NCBI GenBank assembly: GCA_048625195.1
Contig: JBMCRE010000004.1
Coordinates: 3,513 to 67,512, forward strand
Direction: 5' to 3'
Origin: Nanobdellota archaeon
Lineage (GTDB): Archaea > Nanobdellota > Nanobdellia > Woesearchaeales > UBA583
DNA: 64,000 bases
Part shown: one piece after another, positions 40,175 to 48,621 of the stretch
Position numbering within the stretch: the stretch's first letter is position 1
How the letters are laid out: the number at the start of each line of letters is the position of its first letter
Position numbers and translations under genes: made by a program
Notes under the pieces: generated by a model
Databases searched by the model: none
Told to the model about the DNA's origin: nothing
The model's input: only the letters and a program-made list of their open reading frames with translations

Positions 40175-40414
40175 CTAACAGCATTCACCAAGAATGTTAC
40201 ATGCACCATTATAATTATAAGGTTTGCAATATGTACAATAATATTGACAATAATAAAAAATTGTATAGTTGTTATTGTTACTGTCACAATTATTTATAAA
40301 AAAGTTTTCTCCAACATAAGTAGGTTGTGTGTATTTTTCTATGGTTAATGCATAGGTGTTGAAACTTAATAATATGATTAGTATTGGTATTATAGCTATT
40401 TTTTTGTTTTTCAT
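40175..40414 (-). CDS. small secreted Cys/Tyr/Asn-rich peptide
   Basis: 79 aa. Signal-like MKNKKIAIIPILIILLSFNTYA, then a C-terminal CDSNNNNYTIFYYCQYYCTYCKPYNYNGACNILGECC (7 Cys, 8 Tyr in 37 aa). Confidence 0.5.
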   Translation of the reverse strand: MKNKKIAIIPILIILLSFNTYALTIEKYTQPTYVGENFFINNCDSNNNNYTIFYYCQYYCTYCKPYNYNGACNILGECC

Positions 40415-40675
40415 TTTATTATTTTAAACAACTTAATGAATAAGTTGTGTGAAAATTAATAATGTATTTTATAAAAATCTTATTTGTTTTTTAGGATATT
40501 AATTTGATTAAAAGTGTTATTTTTACAATTGTAATTTTTAAAATTGTTTAAAGAATTAGGAGTTTAATTTTATATTTTGATTTAGTTCATTTATAGTTCC
40601 TAATATAAGTTTATAAAAATTTATTATTGTACAGTGTATATAATTATTAAAAACTAGAATCTGTAAATCAATTAT

Positions 40676-41896
40676 ATGAAGTTTTTTAAAGAGAAGATTT
40701 TTAATAGAATTGAGTTTATAGTTTTAGTTCTAGTTTTTATGTTTTCTCTTTCTGCGGTTAGTTATATGAGCTCTAATGAGATCTTTGATGCACAAATTAC
40801 TTATGTAAATGATCAAAAATTTCCATTTTCTATTATTTTAAAAGTAGATAATTTGATTAATGAGAGTTTGAGTTATGATATTAAAGTTATTTATAAGAAA
40901 GCAAATTTAGAAGTAGGTTCTTTAGAATTTGTATGTAATGATAGTTGTGAAGAAAAAATTGAACTAAGTAAAGTTTTTTTTGATAATTATGATGTTTTTG
41001 TTAGAGCTCAAAAAGATGGAAAGTTTTATGATCAAGAAATTAACTTTAATATAGAAAAGGCAAAAGGGTCTAATAAAATATTTATGGATAATAATTTTTT
41101 TGTAGATAAAAATAATTTTGTTAATATTAGTGGAAAATTATTTTTATCTGAAAGTTCACAAGCAATAATTGAAGCTCAACATGTCGATGAAGAAAAAATT
41201 AAATTTAAAAAAATGATTGATTGTGAGGAAATTTGTGATTTTAATTTACAAATGAACTCAACAATAATATTTGGACAATATGATTTTAGAGTTTATTTAC
41301 CTAATGATGTTTTAAAAAAAGAAATTTTTATTCGTTTGAAATCTGATAATGAAAAAAAAAATAATTTGAGTAAAAATGATGAAAATAAAAAATTTGTTAG
41401 ATATGATATGAATAAGATACCTAAAGATTCAATTAAAGATAATAATTTTGTTACTGTTATAGATATAATTGGAAATGAAAGAGAAATTGAAATTATTAAT
41501 GATTCAATTTTAATCCCTAAAAGTTATTCAATTAAAACAAGAGATGAAAATTTTAATAATGATAGAAAAAAACAAAGTGAAAAAAATAATGTTTCTAAGT
41601 TAAAAATTAAAAATATTGAAAGTTTAAAAGAACTTGATGACTTTAAAAAGAATGTTACTGTTAAAAAGAAAGGTTTTACAAAAATGGAATCTTTTTCAAA
41701 TTCGTTAGATGTTCAATCATTATCAAGGGATTTTAATAAACAAGTTTCAGTACAAGAAAAAATATATATTGGAAGTACACAAAAGTATATTGAAGTGAAT
41801 GATAAAAATAGATTGATTTTGTTGATGAAAAATGGGATTTTTACAATTTTTCTTTATTACCAGATGATGATTTTTTTATTAGTGCATATTTTTTGA
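40676..41896 (+). CDS. N-terminally anchored hypothetical protein (possible frameshifted 3' extension to 42024)
   Basis: 406-aa ORF with an N-terminal TM helix. A stop-free -1 frame (41812-42021, stop at 42022-42024) continues past the annotated stop. Confidence 0.5.
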   Translation: MKFFKEKIFNRIEFIVLVLVFMFSLSAVSYMSSNEIFDAQITYVNDQKFPFSIILKVDNLINESLSYDIKVIYKKANLEVGSLEFVCNDSCEEKIELSKVFFDNYDVFVRAQKDGKFYDQEINFNIEKAKGSNKIFMDNNFFVDKNNFVNISGKLFLSESSQAIIEAQHVDEEKIKFKKMIDCEEICDFNLQMNSTIIFGQYDFRVYLPNDVLKKEIFIRLKSDNEKKNNLSKNDENKKFVRYDMNKIPKDSIKDNNFVTVIDIIGNEREIEIINDSILIPKSYSIKTRDENFNNDRKKQSEKNNVSKLKIKNIESLKELDDFKKNVTVKKKGFTKMESFSNSLDVQSLSRDFNKQVSVQEKIYIGSTQKYIEVNDKNRLILLMKNGIFTIFLYYQMMIFLLVHIF

Positions 41897-42096
41897 ATGG
41901 ACAAGTAACGAGTTGGAATTTAACAATTGATGCATTAGATGTTCAAAGTATCTCATGTTATATTAATTCAAGTGAATCTATTAATTATTTTTTATCAAAA
42001 AATTATCTATTGGGTGCTCAGTAAACACAATATGAACTTTTAAGTAGTTAAGAAACCTTTTATTTAAAGTGATTGGGTTTAATTGTATATTATAAT

Positions 42097-42140
42097 ATTA
42101 TAAAAATATAATAAAAATATTATAAAAATATAATAAAAAT
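42097..42140. repeat. perfect 22-bp tandem duplication ATTATAAAAATATAATAAAAAT x2 just upstream of the 42145 start codon
   Basis: Units at 42097-42118 and 42119-42140 are identical. TATA-like content. Confidence 0.85.
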
Positions 42141-42144
42141 AAAA

Positions 42145-43962
42145 ATGGTAAGTATAAAAATAATGAATAGTTTGTTGTTAAGTTTGCTTTTGTTTCTAGC
42201 TGGAGCATATGCATCTAATCAACAAGTTTTGGTAGAAATGAATGAATATGTGGATCAAAAAGTTCTTTTTAATCCATTAAAAAGTGGATTGGGTATATGG
42301 TTTGATCAATATGAAAATCAATCTCATTATAATTTAACAGGATTTATCACTGTTACAAACACAAATCCTGATAGTAAGACAATATCTGATATTTATGTAT
42401 CTTTTGAAGATACTCAAAATATGACTTTACCTTTACAATATGATGGTAGAGTAGGTACATTTATTTCAAATGATACTAGTACAGGAAATATTATATTACA
42501 TATTCCTGAATTAAGAATGGGAGAAAATGCAACATTTATTTATTCAATAAATAATACTGAAATCAGACCTCCTTTAAATTATACAACTGAATATTCAGAT
42601 TCTAAATTGTTGGCAGGAAATAATATTACAATAAAAGATAATATTGAAAATGTATTTGATAATTATCCTTTCCAGACAAATACTTGTATTTATGATATAA
42701 ATATTACACAAGTTACAACTCCTGTTAATTTTTCAGGTGTTTGGCAAGATTATTTTTTTGATTCAACATCTACAACAGGATTAGATGCAACTAATGTTAC
42801 ATATTCAGGTGATGATAAAACTCAATATTGGGATGTTTTAAATGGTACTTGTTTGAATAAAGGTGCATTGACAAATATATCTTATATTATTCAAACTCCT
42901 CTTAATATTCCAAAAACAACTGATTATTATATGACTAATACTACTATTAGATATAAATTAAATAATACTATTTCTCATTTGAAAGTTTTTGATATTAAAG
43001 CAATTAGTGAAGCAGATATTGATTTTGCAAAAAGAATTATGTCTCCTTCACATCCAACATTATATGGTAGTAATGTAACATGGAATGTAACAGGAGCTTT
43101 TAGTACAATTACAAATATTACATATAATTTAACAGATGTAACTTTTTGGGTATCTCAAAGGAATGTTAATGGAAGTTATACTGATCCAAATACAATAGAT
43201 AATGATACAATTAGTGGTGATTCTTTAAAAATAGATTATAGTCCAGCAGCTTTAGTTAATTCTAGTAATCCATGGAATAGTTCATCTTGGATGTTTAATT
43301 ATTCAGACATTCCTTCTCCTATTGTTTGGATGGATGTAAATTTTACAATTGCAAATGATGGAACTCAGTTAATTAATAGAAGTGTTACAAGAAATGGGGA
43401 TGATATATATATAAAAGAGTTATATTTAATTATTGGTTATTGGTTAGAAATTGATAAAAATATAACTTCAATTGGAAATAATACTTATAATATTAAAATT
43501 GATGTTCATAATAAAGGAAATCAAGTAACTCCTGCTGATACTGTTGTTACTATTTATGACTTTGTGCCTGCAAATTATAATATAAATGGCAGTATCGTTT
43601 ATAGTAATAGTCCTTGGTATAATACTGATCATGCGAATAAATCAGTTTTTGGTACAGAATATAATGGTACTTTACATCAATGGGGTATTCTACCAACTGG
43701 TTTAGGAGGATTAAATACTTCATTTTCTCAAGGTCCTTCTGTAAATGAAAATACAACATGGAGTGCAGAATATAATGTTACAGGGTTTGGAGATTATAAA
43801 TTATTAGATGTGTTTGTTACTGGTTTAGACCCTCAGCAAGTAGATGGTGCTGGTTCAACAAAATCGGTAGTAGTTTCTGAGTTAATAGATAGAGTTAGTA
43901 GTACAGAAGGTGTGTTTGCAATTGTTGCAAGCATTTTGCTTTTGATTGGGTTATTGTTATAA
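42145..43962 (+). CDS. sequon-rich surface (S-layer-like) glycoprotein candidate with a C-terminal membrane anchor
   Basis: Signal peptide MNSLLLSLLLFLAGAYA. About 34 N-x-S/T sequons by my manual count. DUF11/COG1361-like segment (YNIKIDVHNKGNQVTPADTVVTIYDFVPANY). C-terminal VFAIVASILLLIGLLL. Confidence 0.7.
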   Translation: MVSIKIMNSLLLSLLLFLAGAYASNQQVLVEMNEYVDQKVLFNPLKSGLGIWFDQYENQSHYNLTGFITVTNTNPDSKTISDIYVSFEDTQNMTLPLQYDGRVGTFISNDTSTGNIILHIPELRMGENATFIYSINNTEIRPPLNYTTEYSDSKLLAGNNITIKDNIENVFDNYPFQTNTCIYDINITQVTTPVNFSGVWQDYFFDSTSTTGLDATNVTYSGDDKTQYWDVLNGTCLNKGALTNISYIIQTPLNIPKTTDYYMTNTTIRYKLNNTISHLKVFDIKAISEADIDFAKRIMSPSHPTLYGSNVTWNVTGAFSTITNITYNLTDVTFWVSQRNVNGSYTDPNTIDNDTISGDSLKIDYSPAALVNSSNPWNSSSWMFNYSDIPSPIVWMDVNFTIANDGTQLINRSVTRNGDDIYIKELYLIIGYWLEIDKNITSIGNNTYNIKIDVHNKGNQVTPADTVVTIYDFVPANYNINGSIVYSNSPWYNTDHANKSVFGTEYNGTLHQWGILPTGLGGLNTSFSQGPSVNENTTWSAEYNVTGFGDYKLLDVFVTGLDPQQVDGAGSTKSVVVSELIDRVSSTEGVFAIVASILLLIGLLL

Positions 43963-43973
43963 AATAATCTTTT

Positions 43974-44753
43974 ATGTTTTTGATGGTTGAAGAGAAGATG
44001 CAAAAGAAAGTTAAAAAATTAATGAATGTTGTAGTATTTTTATTTTTTTTATTAATTTTTATTAATTTTAGTTATTCAACTGTTGAAGTTTTTTCTAAAT
44101 ATGATACTGTTTTAACAATAGATGCTCAAAATAATTTGTTAAGTGTAAATAAAAGTTTAGCTTTAAAAAATGTTTATGATGTGGGTATTGTGCCAGGTCA
44201 GATTGAATTTAAAATTGCAAAAGGTGTGGATGGAAGTTTGTCTAATTTAGAAATAGTTAATGTAAGTGCAAAAGATAGTTTTGGAGAAGAAATTAAGTTG
44301 AGAACTAGAAATACTGATGAGTATTCAGTTATTGTTTTAGATATATTTTATCCATTATTACCTGGGTTTGAATATGAGTTTAATTTGAATTATGAATTGT
44401 CTTATGAACCAGGTGGGATATTTTTTAAAAGTTTACAAATTCCAATAAGAGAGAGTACTATTCCAATTGAAGAAGGTGTTTTTAAAGTAGTTTTACCAGA
44501 AAATTATCATTTCACTTACCTAGGAGAAAACTCTGAAAGTGCAAATTTAGAAGAAAATGTTGTCTTTTGGAATATAAAAGATAATGAACCAAATTCTATT
44601 GCTTTTGAGTATTCATGGTTACCTGTAAGGATAGATGGTATTAAAGGGTCTTATGTTTTTTGGATATTAATTAATTTAATATTATTAATAGTATTATATT
44701 TTGAAATAAAACGAGAGATTAAAAATATAAAAAGTAGGAATGAGGATGGTTAA
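43974..44753 (+). CDS. secreted protein with a C-terminal TM anchor and charged tail, unknown family
   Basis: 259 aa. N-terminal signal/anchor. C-terminal YVFWILINLILLIVLYF followed by EIKREIKNIKSRNEDG. 11-nt gap from the upstream gene and 14-nt overlap with the downstream gene. Confidence 0.55.
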   Translation: MFLMVEEKMQKKVKKLMNVVVFLFFLLIFINFSYSTVEVFSKYDTVLTIDAQNNLLSVNKSLALKNVYDVGIVPGQIEFKIAKGVDGSLSNLEIVNVSAKDSFGEEIKLRTRNTDEYSVIVLDIFYPLLPGFEYEFNLNYELSYEPGGIFFKSLQIPIRESTIPIEEGVFKVVLPENYHFTYLGENSESANLEENVVFWNIKDNEPNSIAFEYSWLPVRIDGIKGSYVFWILINLILLIVLYFEIKREIKNIKSRNEDG

Positions 44754-46470
44754 AAAATATGTTTTTTTTTTAAGTGTTTTTGTATTATTATTTTCGAATT
44801 TTAATATTTTTGTTTTTTCTGTTAATTTAGAAGTTTCTATTCAAGAGGATACGCAAATTACAAAATTACCTCAAGATAATAGATATTCTTTGCAAAGTAT
44901 TGGTGAATTAACCATTTATAATCCTTCTAATACAAATAAAGTTTATGAATTTATTATTCCTTTTAAATTAGATGATTTTGTTGGAATTGATAAGATAGAT
45001 TATAGTGAAAAGATACCAATTTTAAATTCTACAAATCATACGATTGGTTATAATTATATTAATTCAAGTAAATTTAATTTTGAATTTAATAAAATAAAAG
45101 GATATTTGATAGAACCAAATCAAACAATTAGAACTGGTTATAAAATTTATGGAATAATGGATTATAATTTGTATGATGTTTTGGAAAATAATCAAAGTGT
45201 TTTAGATTATTATATTACATCATATGATTTTGTATCTAATATTAATATTGGTTTAGAAAAAATAGAAAGAGATGGTTATGTGTATAATAGTAGTGATGGT
45301 TCGTTATTGGAGTCTCCATTGGATAATACAAGTATTAGATATATTGTAGCAAAATTAACTAATCCAACTGATTATAATTATTTTGTGAATGAATTTAAAG
45401 TTTATAGAACTTTAAGTTCTGATCCGTATTTTGAGAAGGGTATTATTGTTGATGTAGTGAATAATGTATCAATAGAACCTTTTAGTTTAAATGAATTTGA
45501 TATAGTTGATGAAACAAGTCCAGATAATTCAGTTTATTGGGCATCTTATGATATAAGTATAAACTATGATTTTAGTGAAAAAGTGAGTAGAGATTTTAGA
45601 GTTAAAAAAATTGAAGATCAAAATCAGGGTGGTGGTGGAAGTGGAGGTAGTAGTGGAGGAGGTAGTAGTGGTGCTTACGTACCAGATTATTTTAAAGAAG
45701 ATTATGATTTGATAATAAAAAAAGAGGCAAGTAAAACTTTGGTTACTCATGGAGAAGAATTTGAGGTTACTATTAGAATTGTTAATCCAAATGAGTTTGT
45801 TTTTAAAAATATTTCTTTATTGGATGAGATTCCACAAGGTTTTGAAATTAAAAAAGTTTCTGATAAAGTTGAAATAGAAAATAGAAAGTTAATTTTTGAT
45901 ATTGATGAAATTGAGCAATATGAAACAATTTCAATTTCATATGTTTTAGTTTCAAAAGAGGATATAAAAGGTGTTAGTTATTTAAAGCCATCGATGGTTA
46001 CTTATTTGGACGAAGAATTTTATTCGCAAGGAGTTTTAATAATAAATGATTTAATTCCTAATGAGAAAGTTTTTGTGCAAAAGGAGGTTGAATATTTAGA
46101 TAATCAATTTGCACAAGTGAAAATTATTGTTAAGAATTTAGGTAATTATGAATTGAAAGATTTGATTTTAAAAGAAAATATTGATGATGATTCTACTATT
46201 AAAGATATATCTAAGATTTTTTTTGAAAAGGGTGAGTGGAACATTCAATCTTTAAATCCAGGAGAGCAATGGGAGGTTAGTTATGTTGTTAGTCGTGATG
46301 CTAATTTGGAGAGTATTCCTAATGTTTTTGGATTAGATAAATTAGAGGTTTTTGGTACATTAATTTTTTCAGAAGAGATTATAACTTCTTTTAGTGAAGA
46401 GAATAGAACTATTGAAAAAATAGGTTTGGGATTAGCAGTGGTTATTTTAGGTTTGTATTTGTTGTTCTAA
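44740..46470 (+). CDS. surface protein with two DUF11-like repeat domains, a Gly/Ser linker and a C-terminal anchor
   Basis: Signal YVFFLSVFVLLFSNFNIFVFS. Linker QGGGGSGGSSGGGSSGA. VTIRIVNPNEFVFKNISLLDEIPQGF and VKIIVKNLGNYELKDLILKENI segments. C-terminal GLGLAVVILGLYLLF. Confidence 0.7.
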   Translation: MRMVKKYVFFLSVFVLLFSNFNIFVFSVNLEVSIQEDTQITKLPQDNRYSLQSIGELTIYNPSNTNKVYEFIIPFKLDDFVGIDKIDYSEKIPILNSTNHTIGYNYINSSKFNFEFNKIKGYLIEPNQTIRTGYKIYGIMDYNLYDVLENNQSVLDYYITSYDFVSNINIGLEKIERDGYVYNSSDGSLLESPLDNTSIRYIVAKLTNPTDYNYFVNEFKVYRTLSSDPYFEKGIIVDVVNNVSIEPFSLNEFDIVDETSPDNSVYWASYDISINYDFSEKVSRDFRVKKIEDQNQGGGGSGGSSGGGSSGAYVPDYFKEDYDLIIKKEASKTLVTHGEEFEVTIRIVNPNEFVFKNISLLDEIPQGFEIKKVSDKVEIENRKLIFDIDEIEQYETISISYVLVSKEDIKGVSYLKPSMVTYLDEEFYSQGVLIINDLIPNEKVFVQKEVEYLDNQFAQVKIIVKNLGNYELKDLILKENIDDDSTIKDISKIFFEKGEWNIQSLNPGEQWEVSYVVSRDANLESIPNVFGLDKLEVFGTLIFSEEIITSFSEENRTIEKIGLGLAVVILGLYLLF

Positions 46471-46490
46471 TTAGATTGGAAGGGGTTAAG

Positions 46491-46704
46491 AGCTGAAGGG
46501 CTTAAGAGATGAAGTGATTAAGTGCTGAAGAGCTTAAGAGATTAAGTGTTTAAGTGCTGAAGAGCTTAAGAGATGAAGTGATTAAGTGCTGAAGAGCTTA
46601 AGGGATGAAGTGATTAAGTGCTGAAGAGCTTAAGAGATTAAGTGTTTAAGTGCTGAAGAGCTTAAGAGATGAAGTGATTAAGCGCTTAAAGCTTAAGGGT
46701 TTAA
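46491..46704. repeat. 32-bp head-to-tail tandem repeat, about 6.5 copies, purine-rich on the + strand
   Basis: Units start at 46522, 46554, 46586, 46618 and 46650 (GTGCTGAAGAGCTTAAGAGATGAAGTGATTAA, with variant ...GATTAAGTGTTTAA). A degenerate copy precedes them and a partial copy follows. There are no spacers. Confidence 0.9.
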
Positions 46705-46753
46705 TTTATTTGAAATGTTTTAATTTGATAGTTTTATTTAATTTGTTTTTATA

Positions 46754-48118
46754 TTAATTGTATTTATTATAATAGTTGTTTTCTTTACTTTCTTCTTCTT
46801 GTGTAATTGGGTCGTTTAGTTTTAATGCATAATAAAAATTTATTTTTTCTTTTGTTTCTTGTTTTAATTCAAAACTGATTGTTAATAGTTCCTTGTTTGA
46901 AAATTCGCTGGTGTTTATTCCAAAGAGTATTGCAAATTGATTTAATCTAAACTGATTATATTGTAGAGATATGTCTATTCTTTTTGAGTATAGTTTGTCA
47001 TTTTTACATTTTATGTCTAGTAAAACATGATTTAATGATTTGGTAAGAGAATTTAAAAATTTTAGGGTTAATTTTTTATTTTCAAGGGGGATGTCTGATA
47101 TGAAGTCTTTAATTTGAGTAGGTGATAACTTTTTATAGTCATAATATAGTTTTTTAGAACAGATTTTATCGTTTTTAAAGTCTAATCCTATTCCCCAAAT
47201 ATTTTCTGGGTTTAATTGATTATTTGCGTTTAAATAATTTTCTTGTAATTTTTTGAGTGTTTTTGAATCTAAATCATTGATTGTAAAATAAAATGTTTTT
47301 CTTAATTTGTTGTCTCCCATGATTCCACAGCTTAATACTAGCTGGTTTGAAGTTTTCAAATAAGGTTTTAGGTCATTAAAGATATTATTATTATGAAAGT
47401 AGTTTGTAATAAAATTATAAGTATTTTCAAAATCGTCTCTACGATTTAATATATAGTATACAAATCTTTGTTTGGAGCTGTCCTCTAAATTGTTTGGATA
47501 TGATTTTACAAAAACAAATTTTTTTCTCATATAGTATTTCTCTTTTTTAAAGTCTTTGAGCACTTCATTTGCAATTTTTTTTAGAGAATTTGATTTAAAA
47601 TTGTTTATTTCGTCTTGATATAATTCATATAGTTGTAAATTTGAATTTAATGCAGAAAATTCGCTTTGGTTGAAGTTTTCTAAGTATTGATTATAAATTC
47701 CTTGGCATTTTTTTTCATACATACAATTTATACAAGTGTTTATTTTTGTGTATTCTTTTTGATTAAATTTTGTATCATTTATAAAAAACATTTTTCCTTC
47801 AAAATACCATCTTAATCCAGGTCTTAAAATTCCTTTTTCGAAGATACACCTTGGAAAACCTTTAAATCCAATTTTTATGTCATATTTGTTAATTATTTTA
47901 TATAGTTTGTTTATTTTAATTTTAAATATAGCTTTGCTCATTGGAATGTTTATTGTGTTGTAATTGTAAGTTAGTATGAATTTTTTGATTCCATATTCTT
48001 TATAATATAATATTTGAAGAAGTATTTTTGAGATGTTATTTTTATCTAATGTTATTTCTACAAAGTTATTTCCAATTTCTTTTGGAGATTTTAATTCATT
48101 TATATTAATTATTTTCAT
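46754..48118 (-). CDS. hypothetical cytoplasmic protein with a C-x2-C-x5-C motif, last gene of the rhomboid operon
   Basis: 454 aa, no signal peptide. GFPRC...TCINCMYEKKCQG cysteine cluster in the first third. The C-terminal 300 aa or so carry recurring K-x-(F/Y)-Y strand-like motifs. Family not recognised. Confidence 0.55.
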   Translation of the reverse strand: MKIININELKSPKEIGNNFVEITLDKNNISKILLQILYYKEYGIKKFILTYNYNTINIPMSKAIFKIKINKLYKIINKYDIKIGFKGFPRCIFEKGILRPGLRWYFEGKMFFINDTKFNQKEYTKINTCINCMYEKKCQGIYNQYLENFNQSEFSALNSNLQLYELYQDEINNFKSNSLKKIANEVLKDFKKEKYYMRKKFVFVKSYPNNLEDSSKQRFVYYILNRRDDFENTYNFITNYFHNNNIFNDLKPYLKTSNQLVLSCGIMGDNKLRKTFYFTINDLDSKTLKKLQENYLNANNQLNPENIWGIGLDFKNDKICSKKLYYDYKKLSPTQIKDFISDIPLENKKLTLKFLNSLTKSLNHVLLDIKCKNDKLYSKRIDISLQYNQFRLNQFAILFGINTSEFSNKELLTISFELKQETKEKINFYYALKLNDPITQEEESKENNYYNKYN

Positions 48119-48123
48119 TTTGA

Positions 48124-48621
48124 TTAGTTTTCTATTATTTTATCGTAACAAACTTTTTTATACTTTTCGCTTATATTACATATTGAACTATTTTGTGTAA
48201 TTACAGCATATGAATAATAGCAATAATATTTATTATCACTATTATTACAGTATGATAGATTTTTGTTTTTTATTGCTAGTTCAAATATACATTGGTTTGT
48301 TAAATTGCCTGATTTGTGACAAATTTCTAGTGAGTTGTGGTAAATAGCATTCTCGTGGAAACATTTAGTTGGATTTATAGTTAGGTTATTACATAGGTTG
48401 CTTTGATTAAATTTTATTGATGATTTATAGTAGCATTTGTTAATATTTTCTGATTGTTTACAAAGAGAAAATTTTTGGTTGTCTTCTATTAGTTTAAGTA
48501 TACAAGAATTGTTTTGATTACAATAATTTATAGCTTCAAAATTGTATGTATAGTTTAGAGTGAATGTAAATAAAATGAGTAATATTAAAGATGCAGTAAT
48601 GGATTTTATTTTTTGATTCAT
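48124..48621 (-). CDS. N-terminally anchored protein made of six Cys-pair repeats
   Basis: 165 aa. TM ITASLILLILFTFTL. 12 Cys in a regular C-x5-8-C-(Y/F/I)-x10-13 pattern. Confidence 0.55.
   Translation of the reverse strand: MNQKIKSITASLILLILFTFTLNYTYNFEAINYCNQNNSCILKLIEDNQKFSLCKQSENINKCYYKSSIKFNQSNLCNNLTINPTKCFHENAIYHNSLEICHKSGNLTNQCIFELAIKNKNLSYCNNSDNKYYCYYSYAVITQNSSICNISEKYKKVCYDKIIEN

Noticed and set aside
46491-46704. Possible CRISPR array
   Set aside because: The 32-bp units are directly adjacent with no unique spacers. No cas genes or leader are nearby. This is a plain tandem repeat.
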